A stretch of DNA of 32,000 nt from an uncultured bacterium (GTDB lineage Bacteria > Margulisbacteria > WOR-1 > CAVSGV01): contig OY969425.1 in NCBI GenBank assembly GCA_963699255.1, positions 330,001-362,000 on the forward strand. Direction: 5' to 3'. The notes beneath the pieces were generated by a model. It was not told the DNA's origin and made no database searches. It worked only from the letters and a program-made list of their open reading frames with translations. Every line of letters begins with the position of its first letter. Position 1 is the stretch's first letter. Shown in pieces: positions 18,018-28,547 of the stretch. The position numbers were made by a program, and so were the translations under genes.

Positions 18018-20114
18018 ATGATCAAAAAAGTTGAAATGGATTTTGACGGCAAAAAGCTTTCCCTTGAAACAGGACGTGTTGCGAGGCAAGCCGGAGGCGC
18101 GGTAATAGTCAGGCTCGGGGACACGATGGTCCTTGCCACCGCAACGGCGAGCGAACTGCCCAAAGAAAGCGCTGATTTCTTCCCGCTGACGGTGGATTTT
18201 GAGGAAAAACTTTATGCCGCGGGCAAGATCCCCGGAGGGTTCTTTAAAAGGGAAGGCAGGCCGACGGAAAAAGCGATATTGACCTCAAGGTTGGTTGACC
18301 GCCCCATAAGGCCTCTTTTTCCGGATAATTTCCGCAATGAAGTTCAAATAGTTATTGTTCCCCTTTCAGTTGATCAGGAAAATGCTCCCGATGTTCTTGG
18401 CATGATAGGGGCATCTGCAGCGCTCACGATCTCGGAGATCCCTTTCATGGGGCCTGCGGGGGCCGTGAGGGTCGGAAAGATCGGTGACAAACTTATTATT
18501 AACCCCACGTCCGAACAAATGGAAGAGAGCGAGCTCGATATCATTGTTGCGGGCACAAAGGATGCCGTGATGATGGTCGAGGCGGGAGCCGATGAGGTGG
18601 GAGAGGAAATTATCCTATCCGCCATTGAGCTTGCGCATGTCAGGATAAAGGATCTCATAAAACTTCAGGAAGAGCTTGCCAAGCTTGCCGGAAATCCAAA
18701 GATGAAGCCAAAACTTTATGAGCCGGACAAGAGCATTGAAAATTATGTAAAAGATTTTGCTTCAAAACGCATAGCAACCGCGCTCGAGATCACGGATAGG
18801 GACAAGCAGACCGATGAACTGAAAATGATCGAACAGGATGCCATCGAGAGCGTAAAGGATGAGAAGCTGGCTGCACTGGTCAAATCAAGACCGTTCGATA
18901 TCAAGGCGATCGTAAAGAGCATAGAAAAGAAAATCGTTAGGGACATGATCCTTAACAAGCGCGTAAGGCCTGACGGCAGGAAGCTTGATGAGATAAGGCA
19001 GATCACCTGCGAGGTGGGACTTCTCCCCAGAGTGCACGGGTCCGCGATATTCACAAGAGGCGCGACCCAGGTAATGACGCTCGCCACGCTTGGATCCATA
19101 GGCGAAGAACAGCGCATCGAAGGGCTCGAACCCGAAGACAGCAGAAAAAGGTACATGCATCATTATAACTTCCCGGCTTATTCAGTTGGAGAGGTAAGGC
19201 CTCTGCGCGGTCCGGGAAGGCGGGAAATAGGGCACGGCGCGCTTGCGGAGAGGGCGCTTTTCCCGGTACTTCCGCCTGACGAAAAATTCCCATACACTGT
19301 AAGGCTTGTTTCGGAGGTCCTTATGTCAAACGGCTCTACTTCCATGGCTTCGACCTGCGGGAGCACTCTGGCGCTGATGGACGCGGGCGTTCCTATAAAG
19401 TCCCCGGTTTCCGGGATCGCGATGGGGCTTGTAAAGGAGGGGGACAAAGTAGCCATTCTTTCCGATATCCAGGGGCTCGAGGATTTTCTCGGGGACATGG
19501 ACTTCAAGGTCGCGGGTACTTCAAAAGGCATAACGGCTCTTCAGATGGATATCAAGATCAAGGGCATTTCAATTGACATAATGAGAAAAGCTCTTGAACA
19601 GGCAAAAGTGGGCAGGGCGTTCATTCTCTCAAAAATGACGGAGGCGATCTCAAAGCCGAGAGCGGAGCTCTCTCAATTCGCTCCCCGCGTCATAGTGCTT
19701 ACGATCCCGATAGATAAGATCGGGCTTGTGATAGGTCCGGGCGGGAAGAACATAAAGAGAATAATCGAAGAGACGGGCGTACAGGTGGACATTGAAGATG
19801 ACGGAAGCGTTTTTATAACGGGCGCTGATGTGAAAGGCGCTGAGAAAGCTCAGAGCATCATTGAAGGCATGACTGCGGAGGCGGAAGTCGGAAAAACTTA
19901 TCACGGAAGGGTAACACGGTTAATGAATTTCGGCGCTTTCGTTGAGATAATGCCGGGCAAGGAAGGCCTTGTTCACATATCGCAGCTTGCCGACAGGCGC
20001 GTCGCGAAGGTGGAAGATGTCGTTAAGGTAGGGGATGAGATAGCCGTGAAAGTGATCGAGATAGATGATCAGGGTCGGATAAACCTCTCAAAAAAAGCCG
20101 CGGAACAGAAATAG
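18018..20114 (+). CDS. pnp: Polyribonucleotide nucleotidyltransferase (PNPase)
   Basis: RNase PH-type repeats, KH '[17 protein letters not shown]' and S1 '[33 protein letters not shown]'; rpsO-pnp synteny. Confidence 0.97.
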   Translation: MIKKVEMDFDGKKLSLETGRVARQAGGAVIVRLGDTMVLATATASELPKESADFFPLTVDFEEKLYAAGKIPGGFFKREGRPTEKAILTSRLVDRPIRPLFPDNFRNEVQIVIVPLSVDQENAPDVLGMIGASAALTISEIPFMGPAGAVRVGKIGDKLIINPTSEQMEESELDIIVAGTKDAVMMVEAGADEVGEEIILSAIELAHVRIKDLIKLQEELAKLAGNPKMKPKLYEPDKSIENYVKDFASKRIATALEITDRDKQTDELKMIEQDAIESVKDEKLAALVKSRPFDIKAIVKSIEKKIVRDMILNKRVRPDGRKLDEIRQITCEVGLLPRVHGSAIFTRGATQVMTLATLGSIGEEQRIEGLEPEDSRKRYMHHYNFPAYSVGEVRPLRGPGRREIGHGALAERALFPVLPPDEKFPYTVRLVSEVLMSNGSTSMASTCGSTLALMDAGVPIKSPVSGIAMGLVKEGDKVAILSDIQGLEDFLGDMDFKVAGTSKGITALQMDIKIKGISIDIMRKALEQAKVGRAFILSKMTEAISKPRAELSQFAPRVIVLTIPIDKIGLVIGPGGKNIKRIIEETGVQVDIEDDGSVFITGADVKGAEKAQSIIEGMTAEAEVGKTYHGRVTRLMNFGAFVEIMPGKEGLVHISQLADRRVAKVEDVVKVGDEIAVKVIEIDDQGRINLSKKAAEQK

Positions 20115-20133
20115 CATCGTTATTTGTTCGATA

Positions 20134-21039
20134 TTAATTAAATCCGGTAAGACTGAGTTCCCCTTTAACTGTATTAATCCAGCGCGTCGCGCTCTGCTCT
20201 GTAACCATGAAATTCACAAAGACACCTTCAAATTTATGACAGACACGGGCAAATAGCCGGATATCTGAATCGTGAGGGTGTGCGCTAAGGGGATCCATAA
20301 AAAATACCACATGATGACAGCGACCTTCAATTATCTCATTGGCGATTTGAACATCTCCGCCAAGGGGGCCGGAATTAAACGCTTTTATTTTCGCGGATAG
20401 CGCCGGGAAGAATGTTGCAATGCGTTCCCCAGTTGTCCCTGTGCAAAAAATGTTATTGAACACATTAAGTTCATCTTGGTGATCAGCTACAAATTTATAC
20501 ATATCGTCCTTCTTTTTATCGTGAGCGATCAACGATACGGTTTGTTGGGAAAGAGGGAGCCCAATACATGAATTGTTCTTCTCAGCCCAGATATTCGCAC
20601 TCCAAACATTCTGCAAAAGCTCAACATTGTGTACGATGCTTTGCCTGACCAGGGTCTGATTTTCCGGGGAATCTGCCCGCGGATCATTGGGATCGGAGAA
20701 AAAAAGCAGCGTTTGACACGAGCCTGTCACGATCTTTTCGGCAAACTCGATAACCCCACCTCGAAAACCCGGTCTCAGTATAGAGATACTGAGATGCTTC
20801 GCGTGTTTTTGTAGCAGATCATCGTAAGTGCCTTCGGTGGTAAGGATGTGATGTTGACACAGAATTCCCAGGTGTCTTTTCAGGAAAAGATCTACCGGCC
20901 CGCTTTTTTCCTTGCTGCCGAGCTGGCAATTATTCCCATTGTTGGTCCAAATCCCATTATTTTTCCTCTTTCTTGGGTTCAGCCGCAGGTTCTGTCTTGG
21001 AATGCCGATTAAAAAGTTTCCTGTAAAAATCGCGAACAT
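20134..21039 (-). CDS. mgsA: Methylglyoxal synthase with two tandem MGS-like domains (N-terminal copy degenerate)
   Basis: C-terminal copy: SLIAHDKKKDD, CTGTTGERI, NSGPLGGDVQI, FFMDPLSAHPHDSDI. N-terminal copy aligns: GPVDLFLKRH...TTEGTYDDLL...LRPGFRGGVIEFAEKIVTGSCQTLLFFSDPNDP. True start uncertain. Confidence 0.85.
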   Translation of the reverse strand: MFAIFTGNFLIGIPRQNLRLNPRKRKNNGIWTNNGNNCQLGSKEKSGPVDLFLKRHLGILCQHHILTTEGTYDDLLQKHAKHLSISILRPGFRGGVIEFAEKIVTGSCQTLLFFSDPNDPRADSPENQTLVRQSIVHNVELLQNVWSANIWAEKNNSCIGLPLSQQTVSLIAHDKKKDDMYKFVADHQDELNVFNNIFCTGTTGERIATFFPALSAKIKAFNSGPLGGDVQIANEIIEGRCHHVVFFMDPLSAHPHDSDIRLFARVCHKFEGVFVNFMVTEQSATRWINTVKGELSLTGFN

Positions 21040-22222
21040 ATCTGTATGGCGCAGTGATATCTTTCTCTGCTATGTCGACAGCATGCGATAGTTGCAGCTT
21101 TAATATCGTTTGGAAGATCTTTTTCTTTAATCTCAAAGGAATATGGGATCTTTTAAGATTTCTCAAGGCACATATTGCGCCACTTCGAACGCTGCTGTCC
21201 TTATCTTTCGTAGCTGTTATGAGAGGATCGATCATGCTTACCTTTAACGCGGGAGCGATGTTGGCTTTGCTGAGGGTTTCCAACGCGTATATCGCGCTCT
21301 CCCGACGTAAATTGTTGTCATCTACCAGCGCTTTAAGGAAAGAATCAACTATCTGCGACTTATGACCCTGAGCAAGATTGGTTATAGCGGGATTGTTGGG
21401 ATCGGGGTTCACAAGAGATGTTAAGACCTCTACCGCGAGAAGCCGAATATCCAGATTTGCATCGCCGATACAATTAAAGAGCGGCTCGATCATCTTTGCC
21501 TTTTGATCAGGAGAAACATTTGATTCAGCGATATCTCCTAAAGCAGCTGCCGCACTGCATCGAGCATCATTACTATTTTGATTATCAACAAATGCATTAA
21601 TAAGCGGCTCGATCATCTTTGCCTTTAGATCCGAAGACACATCGGATCTGGCGATATTTCCCAATGCAGATGCCAGGCTTCTTCGAATAGCACTGTTATT
21701 ATGTTTATCCTCAAACGCTTTGATAAGAGGGTCGATCGTCTTTGCCTTAAAATTCGGAGAAATGGCGGATTTAGCGAGTTCCCCAAATGCATATGCAACG
21801 CTGGTCCGAACATCGCTGTTTATATCCTCCAGTGCTTTGATAAGAGGATCGACCATCTTAGCTTTTAGATCCGAAGGGATATTGGATCCGGCAAGTTGCC
21901 ACAAAGACCGTGCCGCCTGATCTCGGACATGCCAGTCTGTGTCTTCCAGTTTTTGCAATAGACCTACCATTTCATTTTCCGATACATCTTTTCTGACATA
22001 GTTGATCTTCAGATGCAGAGATGCATATCCGCAACTCTCAAGGTATTTCATAAAACTTTCACAGCTTGAAGGATTGTCTTCGCAGTATGCTTCGGCTGCG
22101 TTCTCGGCCTCTTCTCTTGTGTTTATTCTGCCGTCATTACCCTTTGGGCCTTCATGCGTGTCCCCGAGCTTCAGGTAACTTCTGTATTCGAACGGCGCTT
22201 TTTCAATGATGATATCGCCCAT
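20957..22222 (-). CDS. HEAT-repeat protein
   Basis: Repeated ~36-40 aa units such as 'VDPLIKALEDINSDVRTSVAYAFGELAKSAISPNFKAKTIDPLIKAFEDKHNNSAIRRSLASALGNIARSDVSSDLKAKMIEPLI'. Confidence 0.88.
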   Translation of the reverse strand: MGDIIIEKAPFEYRSYLKLGDTHEGPKGNDGRINTREEAENAAEAYCEDNPSSCESFMKYLESCGYASLHLKINYVRKDVSENEMVGLLQKLEDTDWHVRDQAARSLWQLAGSNIPSDLKAKMVDPLIKALEDINSDVRTSVAYAFGELAKSAISPNFKAKTIDPLIKAFEDKHNNSAIRRSLASALGNIARSDVSSDLKAKMIEPLINAFVDNQNSNDARCSAAAALGDIAESNVSPDQKAKMIEPLFNCIGDANLDIRLLAVEVLTSLVNPDPNNPAITNLAQGHKSQIVDSFLKALVDDNNLRRESAIYALETLSKANIAPALKVSMIDPLITATKDKDSSVRSGAICALRNLKRSHIPLRLKKKIFQTILKLQLSHAVDIAEKDITAPYRYVRDFYRKLFNRHSKTEPAAEPKKEEK

Positions 22223-22379
22223 TTTACGTGCCTCCTGATAGACTTATGATCGATCGCAAACCATATATCGACCGCATTTCCCTGAAATTGCAGTATTCTT
22301 TCAAATTACCATGGCATTTTCTGTCGGATATTTTTGTGATATTTTCAAATGGCCGAAAAGATGATAAAATATACGAGAA

Positions 22380-24680
22380 ATGAAAGATCCGGACATAAAG
22401 ATCACTGATAAGATAATCTCCGAGCACGGGCTGACAAAGGAAGAATTCGAAAGAATCGTTAAAACCCTTGGCAGGCGGCCGAATATTGTTGAGCTTGGAA
22501 TGTATTCTGTCCTCTGGAGCGAACACTGTTCGTACAAGAGCTCGAAGATCTATCTCAAGAAATTCCCCACAAAGTCGCCCAGGGTTCTTGCGGGTCCCGG
22601 AGAGAACTCCGGCATAGTTGACATAGGCGGCGGCCTGGCCATTTCGATGAAGATAGAATCCCATAATCATCCAAGCGCCATTGAACCCTATCAGGGAGCC
22701 GCGACCGGAGTGGGCGGCATCGTCAGGGATATTTTCACCATGGGTGCAAGACCTATTGCCGGCCTTAATTCTTTAAGGTTCGGGCATCTTTCAAACCAGA
22801 GGAATAAATATCTTTTCGGCGGGGTCGTTTCGGGGATCGCCGGCTACGGCAACTGCCTGGGACTTCCGACCGTCGCAGGTGAAGTGTACTTCGATGATTG
22901 TTACACGGGAAATTGCCTTGTTAACGCGATGTGCGTTGGAGTGGTCAGGATTGACGGCAGCCCCGCCGAGGCGGGCAGGCAGGTAAAAGGCCATGAGTCG
23001 ATCGAAATAGGCCCGAGGATTGTTAAAGCGATCGCCGAAGGCCCGGGGAACTCCGTGATGTACGTCGGCGCGTCCACGGGAAGGGACGGCATACACGGCG
23101 CCACTTTCGCATCCGTTGAGCTTTCTGAAGAATCAGAATCACGCAGGTCGAACGTCCAGATAGGGGACCCGTTCACCGAAAAGTCGCTCATTGAAGCCTG
23201 TCTTGAGGTACTCACCGATGATTGCGTTGTCGGTATGCAGGACATGGGAGCCGCAGGATTAACGTGTTCGACATCAGAGATGTCATCAAAGTCCGGCACA
23301 GGAATGGACGTTGATATCTCTCTGGTACCGCAGAGAGAAGAGGGAATGACCCCCTATGAGATCATGCTTTCCGAATCTCAAGAGAGGATGCTTCTTGTTG
23401 TCAGATCTGGGACTGAGAACAGGGTAAAAAAAATATTCAATAAATGGGGGCTTAACTGCGTCAATATCGGCAAGGTGACCGATGACGGGTTTCTCAGGGT
23501 GAGGCTGAACGGTAAGGTCATAGCGGAAGTCCCCCCAAGATCACTTGCTGATGAGGGGCCTCTTTACGAAAGACCTTTTGAAAAACCCGGATATTTGGAT
23601 AAGGTCCAGTCTTTTGATCCCGGGAAAGTGAAAGCGCCTAAGGATAATAATAAAATATTGATCCAGCTCCTGGGTTCTCCGGATATAGCGAATAAAAAGT
23701 GGGTATATGAACAGTATGATCATATGGTCCAGACGAATACGATGGTCCTTCCCGGTGCAGCGGATGCGTCCGTTTTGAGACTCAAAGATACGGGCAAGGC
23801 CATATCGATCACTGCGGACGGCAATGGGGAATATTGTTATCTTGATCCTTTCGTGGGCGGGATGATCGCTGTTTGCGAAGCGGCAAGGAATGTAGTGTGC
23901 ACCGGCGCGGAGCCGATCGCTCTCACGAACTGCCTTAACTTCGGCAATCCGGAAAAACCGGAGGTAATGTGGCAGTTCAAACAGGCGGTGGAGGGAATGG
24001 CCGAGGCGTGCAGGGCGCTTAACGTCCCCGTGATCTCCGGGAACGTAAGTTTTTACAATGAGAATAACGGAGTTGCTGTTTTCCCGACCCCTGTTGTCGG
24101 CATGCTGGGTTTGATCGAAGCAAAAAGCGAGCAAGAAATAAAACGCTCCACCATGGGATTCGCAAAAAGCGGCGACGTGATCGTTCTGCTTGGCAAGAAC
24201 AAGTCCGAACTCGGGGGAAGCGAATATCTGAAAGTGATACACGGCAAGGTCGCGGGATGTCCGCCCCAGCTTGATCTTGCTTTTGAAAAAAGCGTTCAGC
24301 AGACCTGCCTGGAAGCCATCAGGCTTGGTCTTGTTAAGTCCGCCCATGACACATCCGAAGGAGGCCTTGCGGTCGCGGTCTCCGAATGCTGCATGGCCGG
24401 TGATATTGGAGCAATGCTCTCTTTAATGGATGACCTGAGTCCCGCATCCCTTCTTTTTTCAGAAACACAATCGCGCATCATACTTTCAATTCCCCCGGAG
24501 AACCTTTTTTTGCTAGAGAAGATCGCTGTTAAGCACAGAGTTCCGATCGAAGTAATAGGCAAGGTTGGAGGGAAGGCTTTGATAATAAAAAAAGGCAATA
24601 AAACCTTGATCGACATGCCCGTTAAAGAGCTGAGCGATACATATTACGGAGCCATTGAAAATATCATGGAAACGAGATAA
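22380..24680 (+). CDS. purL: Phosphoribosylformylglycinamidine synthase subunit PurL
   Basis: 766 aa: '[13 protein letters not shown]', '[37 protein letters not shown]', '[16 protein letters not shown]', '[14 protein letters not shown]'. Confidence 0.97.
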   Translation: MKDPDIKITDKIISEHGLTKEEFERIVKTLGRRPNIVELGMYSVLWSEHCSYKSSKIYLKKFPTKSPRVLAGPGENSGIVDIGGGLAISMKIESHNHPSAIEPYQGAATGVGGIVRDIFTMGARPIAGLNSLRFGHLSNQRNKYLFGGVVSGIAGYGNCLGLPTVAGEVYFDDCYTGNCLVNAMCVGVVRIDGSPAEAGRQVKGHESIEIGPRIVKAIAEGPGNSVMYVGASTGRDGIHGATFASVELSEESESRRSNVQIGDPFTEKSLIEACLEVLTDDCVVGMQDMGAAGLTCSTSEMSSKSGTGMDVDISLVPQREEGMTPYEIMLSESQERMLLVVRSGTENRVKKIFNKWGLNCVNIGKVTDDGFLRVRLNGKVIAEVPPRSLADEGPLYERPFEKPGYLDKVQSFDPGKVKAPKDNNKILIQLLGSPDIANKKWVYEQYDHMVQTNTMVLPGAADASVLRLKDTGKAISITADGNGEYCYLDPFVGGMIAVCEAARNVVCTGAEPIALTNCLNFGNPEKPEVMWQFKQAVEGMAEACRALNVPVISGNVSFYNENNGVAVFPTPVVGMLGLIEAKSEQEIKRSTMGFAKSGDVIVLLGKNKSELGGSEYLKVIHGKVAGCPPQLDLAFEKSVQQTCLEAIRLGLVKSAHDTSEGGLAVAVSECCMAGDIGAMLSLMDDLSPASLLFSETQSRIILSIPPENLFLLEKIAVKHRVPIEVIGKVGGKALIIKKGNKTLIDMPVKELSDTYYGAIENIMETR

Positions 24681-25304
24681 ATGGATGCAGCCGGCGCGAT
24701 CATCGTACTTATTTTTGTCATTACGATCATATCCGCCTCGACCGGGGGCAGGGTAGCCGTTCCTGGTCTCGGCGGTGGCGAAACCAAAGTCCCCATGTAT
24801 GCCAACCTGAATGTTGATGCGGTCCCCGAATCCACTTTTATTTCTGTTGCCGGAGATGATTCACAGGCCAGGATAGAAAAGTATATTTTAAAACACAACA
24901 AGAACACATCTTACTGGGATGCAAATTTGATGTCTTCCAGCATGGTTAAATACGGCAGCGAGTATAATGTGAACCCAAAACTGGTATGCGCGGTCATTGC
25001 GCGGGAATCGGGATTCAATCCGAGGTCGGTTTCGTCTTCGGGAGCCATCGGGCTTGGCCAGCTTCTGCCCGCCACAGCCACCGCTTTGGAGGTTGATGAT
25101 GGTTTTGACCCTGAACAGAATATAAGAGGGACTACCAGGTATTTGCGTTTTCTTCTTGATAAGTGGAAATCTCATCCCCAGCAGGTGGCTCTCGCGCTAG
25201 CTTCATATACCGAGGGCCATAATGCAATATCCAGGAACGGCGGATACAGCACAAAAACAAAGGGATATGTTGAATCAATTATCAATATCTATTGGAAGAT
25301 ATAA
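24681..25304 (+). CDS. Membrane-anchored lytic transglycosylase (SLT domain)
   Basis: N-terminal hydrophobic segment; 'YNVNPKLVCAVIARESGFNPRSVSSSGAIGLGQLLPATATAL...ALASYTEGHNAI'. Confidence 0.9.
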   Translation: MDAAGAIIVLIFVITIISASTGGRVAVPGLGGGETKVPMYANLNVDAVPESTFISVAGDDSQARIEKYILKHNKNTSYWDANLMSSSMVKYGSEYNVNPKLVCAVIARESGFNPRSVSSSGAIGLGQLLPATATALEVDDGFDPEQNIRGTTRYLRFLLDKWKSHPQQVALALASYTEGHNAISRNGGYSTKTKGYVESIINIYWKI

Positions 25305-25414
25305 TTGTTGTAGCAAACCTCGACAATTATAGTTAAATCCGTCTATTTCATCTCACTTTTCCTCTTATTTATTTGGCATATAAATTGCTGATCTGCATAA
25401 AAAGGGAGAGGGTG

Positions 25415-26023
25415 ATGATGCCAGATTTAACTAAAGAGCAGATCTACATCATATTAGGGATCATTGCTGTAGTCTTGATAGGGTGTGTTGTAGGCGTTTT
25501 TAACTCAAATCTGGCTTCAAAACAATCATCACCCGAAACATCACCACCTACAGTTTTACTTGATAATAAGACAAAAACAGAGTGTGCCAGCTGTTTTGTC
25601 CACATAAGCGGGGCGGTTGCCCGGGAAGGCGTCTATAAGTTAAATAAAGGCGATAGGATAGTTGACCTGCTGAAATTGTCAGGGGTAGCTTCAAATGCTG
25701 ATCTTGATAGCGTAAACCTTGCCGAACTCCTTTCTGACGGTGAAAAAGTGTTTATTCCACAGAAGGCGAGCAATGAGAACTTAATAGAGCAAATGCCGTT
25801 ATCTGACAAATTATCGAGTAAAGCGAATAAAATTGTCAATATTAATACTGCGGATGAGAAAGAATTGGATAGTTTGCCGGGTATCGGCCCCGTGATGGCA
25901 AAAAAGATAGTTGATTATCGCAGCGAGAAGGGGAAATTTTTTGATATCGAGGACCTGAAAGGAATTCCGGGAATATCTGAGAAGAAATTCGATAAGCTGA
26001 AAAGCTTGATCTCGGTTTACTAG
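25415..26023 (+). CDS. comEA: Competence protein ComEA (SLBB + helix-hairpin-helix)
   Basis: TM helix, 'VHISGAVAREGVYKLNKGDRIVDLLKLSGG'-like SLBB, and 'VNINTADEKELDSLPGIGPVMAKKIVDYRSEKGKFFDIEDLKGIPGI'. Confidence 0.92.
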   Translation: MMPDLTKEQIYIILGIIAVVLIGCVVGVFNSNLASKQSSPETSPPTVLLDNKTKTECASCFVHISGAVAREGVYKLNKGDRIVDLLKLSGVASNADLDSVNLAELLSDGEKVFIPQKASNENLIEQMPLSDKLSSKANKIVNINTADEKELDSLPGIGPVMAKKIVDYRSEKGKFFDIEDLKGIPGISEKKFDKLKSLISVY

Positions 26024-26056
26024 TGCTATGGCATCCCGACCTTTTGGGGTTAGAAA

Positions 26057-28444
26057 ATGTTCACACCGATTATTACGATTACTATATTTTATATATTCGG
26101 GATAATATTGGCCGAATTTTTGTATATTCCGCTTCAATATTTATTTTTTGCATTGATCTTATCTATTCTAGGAGGTCTTTTTTTGCTAAGGTCAGGGCAG
26201 AAACCCATTTATTTGATGATCTTCGTCATTTTTATCTTCGGGATATTCGCCTGTCAATACGCCAGCTTAATTCCCGCAAATGATATTTCCCGGTTCGCAG
26301 ATGACAGATACGTGAAAATTATCGGCTCGGTCGCTGACGAGCCTTCACGGGCAGAAGAGCTTTATAGGTTCACTTTGAAAGCGAGGGAGATCATTCTTAA
26401 AGGAAGATCATATAAAACTTCCGGATATGTCGGAGTGTATGTCAGTGACTCGAACATATCCCTCAATTACGGCAACAAGATCCTTGTCCATGGAAAACTG
26501 TCAAAGATAGTTTCAACATCGAATCCCGGCATCGCATCTTTTGGCGATCTCATGGCCAAGAGGAAGATCGGCTGCCAGATGTTCGTGTACGGTCAGGGGC
26601 TGGATGTCCTTGCCAGATCCATCGGGAATCCGATCAAATATATTTCGATAATCATCAAGAACAGGTTGATCTCGGTGATCCAGAACACCATGAACGAGCC
26701 ATATGCCTCGTTGCTCGGCAGCATAGTGTTCGGTTCTCAGGCTTCACCGCTGTCAAATGAGCTTCAGGATAACTACAAGACAGCGGGAGTGATACATCTT
26801 CTTGTCGCTTCAGGGACTCAGGTTTCAATTTTAATGTCAGTTGTTCTTATCCTGTGCAGGGCTGCCGGACTTTCTCAATATGTGAAACTGGCGGTCGCTA
26901 CTTTTGCAAATCTGATCTTTGCGGGAATTACCGGTGCCGGGCCGTCGATAATAAGGGCGGCTGTTATGAGCGAAGCCGCGTTGGTCGCGAATATATTTGA
27001 AAGAGAGAATGATTTTTACAATTCACTCTCGCTCTCAGCTCTGGTCCTGCTCATTTTGAACCCTCTGAATCTGTTCGACATGGGCTTCCAGCTCTCATTT
27101 TTGGCCACCTGGGCGTTGTTCTATGTTGCTCCCGCAATAGAAGATAGATTATCTGAACTGTTGCCACAATTCCTGGCCGGAACGATCGCGTTATCGATCG
27201 CTCCAACGATCATAACGACGCCAGTGATTCTATATAACTTCGGCCAGGTATCGTTCGTTTCCGTGATCTCAAATTTTCTTATCATCCCGTGGGTTGAAGT
27301 GACGGTGATATTAGGGTTCGTTTCCACGTTGACCGGCCTTATTTTCCTCCCTCTTGCTTATGCGATCAATAATACGCTAACGGCAATATTGGCGATACTT
27401 AACGGTATCGTATATTTTTTCGCCGGACTACCTTTTGCGTGCAGGTATTTTTCTCCGCCAGGGTTGCCCGTGATCCTGGCGTACTATATGATAATTATAG
27501 GAGGTATTGAAATGTTGAAAGGGCGCGTGAATTTTAGTTTTAAAATAAGCAAAGCCTTCTTATTGATAGCCATTCTCATCCTGATCTCCGTATTCACATT
27601 GGGACATTCGCAGGCTGCCGGAGATCTTACCGTCACCTGCATTGATGTTGGCCAGGGGGACTCCATATTGATAGAATCCCCGTCCGGAAAAAATGTCTTG
27701 ATCGACGGCGGCGGAAGGCAGGAAGGCAGCGTATCGGACCCGGACCGTGATGATATGACCGGCAGGTCTATCGTTGTTCCGTTCCTGAGGAAAAAAGGCA
27801 TAAACGAGCTTGACCTTGTGGTATTGACGCATCCGCACGAGGATCACGTCGGAGGTCTCCCGTACGTTCTGGAAAAGCTGAAGGTCGACATGGTCCTGGA
27901 CAGCGGACAGACACATACTTCCCGCGGATATTATAGATTCTTGAGGTTGATCGAGCATAAGCATATTCCATATAAGCTCGCGAGGGCGGGCCAGGTTATC
28001 GATCTCGGTGCGGGGGTCAAAGGATATGTTTTGCATCCGTCGGAGCCCTTGATCACGGGAACTGAATCGGACCTGAATAATAATTCGGTGGTTATCAGGC
28101 TTGTTTACGGAAGGACTTCTTTCCTGTTAATGGGAGACACGGCTTTCGAGGGGGAGGACAGGATATTGTCGTCAGGGCGCAATATCAAAAGCGATGTTTT
28201 AAAAGTCGGGCATCACGGGAGCAGCACATCTACTTCAGATAGCTTTTTGGGTGCAGTAAGTCCCCGTTATGCGGTCATATCTGTCGGGGCAAAGAACAAG
28301 TTCGGGCATCCAAGTTTGGAAACGCTTGAAAGATTGAGCGATCATGGGATCAAAGTATTCAGGACGGACATGGATGGCGCTGTTATCTTTAAGAGCGACG
28401 GAAACTCGATTTGGCCAGCGGGAAATCTTCAAAAATCCTTCTAA
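26057..28444 (+). CDS. comEC: DNA internalization-related competence protein ComEC/Rec2
   Basis: 795 aa; polytopic competence domain (HLLVASGTQVSILMS, GPSIIRAAVM) plus metallo-beta-lactamase domain (IDVGQGDSILIESPSGKNVLIDGGG, THPHEDHVGGL). Confidence 0.94.
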   Translation: MFTPIITITIFYIFGIILAEFLYIPLQYLFFALILSILGGLFLLRSGQKPIYLMIFVIFIFGIFACQYASLIPANDISRFADDRYVKIIGSVADEPSRAEELYRFTLKAREIILKGRSYKTSGYVGVYVSDSNISLNYGNKILVHGKLSKIVSTSNPGIASFGDLMAKRKIGCQMFVYGQGLDVLARSIGNPIKYISIIIKNRLISVIQNTMNEPYASLLGSIVFGSQASPLSNELQDNYKTAGVIHLLVASGTQVSILMSVVLILCRAAGLSQYVKLAVATFANLIFAGITGAGPSIIRAAVMSEAALVANIFERENDFYNSLSLSALVLLILNPLNLFDMGFQLSFLATWALFYVAPAIEDRLSELLPQFLAGTIALSIAPTIITTPVILYNFGQVSFVSVISNFLIIPWVEVTVILGFVSTLTGLIFLPLAYAINNTLTAILAILNGIVYFFAGLPFACRYFSPPGLPVILAYYMIIIGGIEMLKGRVNFSFKISKAFLLIAILILISVFTLGHSQAAGDLTVTCIDVGQGDSILIESPSGKNVLIDGGGRQEGSVSDPDRDDMTGRSIVVPFLRKKGINELDLVVLTHPHEDHVGGLPYVLEKLKVDMVLDSGQTHTSRGYYRFLRLIEHKHIPYKLARAGQVIDLGAGVKGYVLHPSEPLITGTESDLNNNSVVIRLVYGRTSFLLMGDTAFEGEDRILSSGRNIKSDVLKVGHHGSSTSTSDSFLGAVSPRYAVISVGAKNKFGHPSLETLERLSDHGIKVFRTDMDGAVIFKSDGNSIWPAGNLQKSF

Positions 28445-28547
28445 ATATTCCTAAAATATCTCCAAACAAATTGAAATTTCTGGAAAGATGTGACGATAAA
28501 TATATGGTTGAGATTTATCCTGGACGATATAAAAGGAGGAATGGAAA

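Noticed and set aside
23541-24347. 268-aa ORF opposite purL
   Set aside because: Fully inside confidently identified purL; no recognisable domain and no independent signals.
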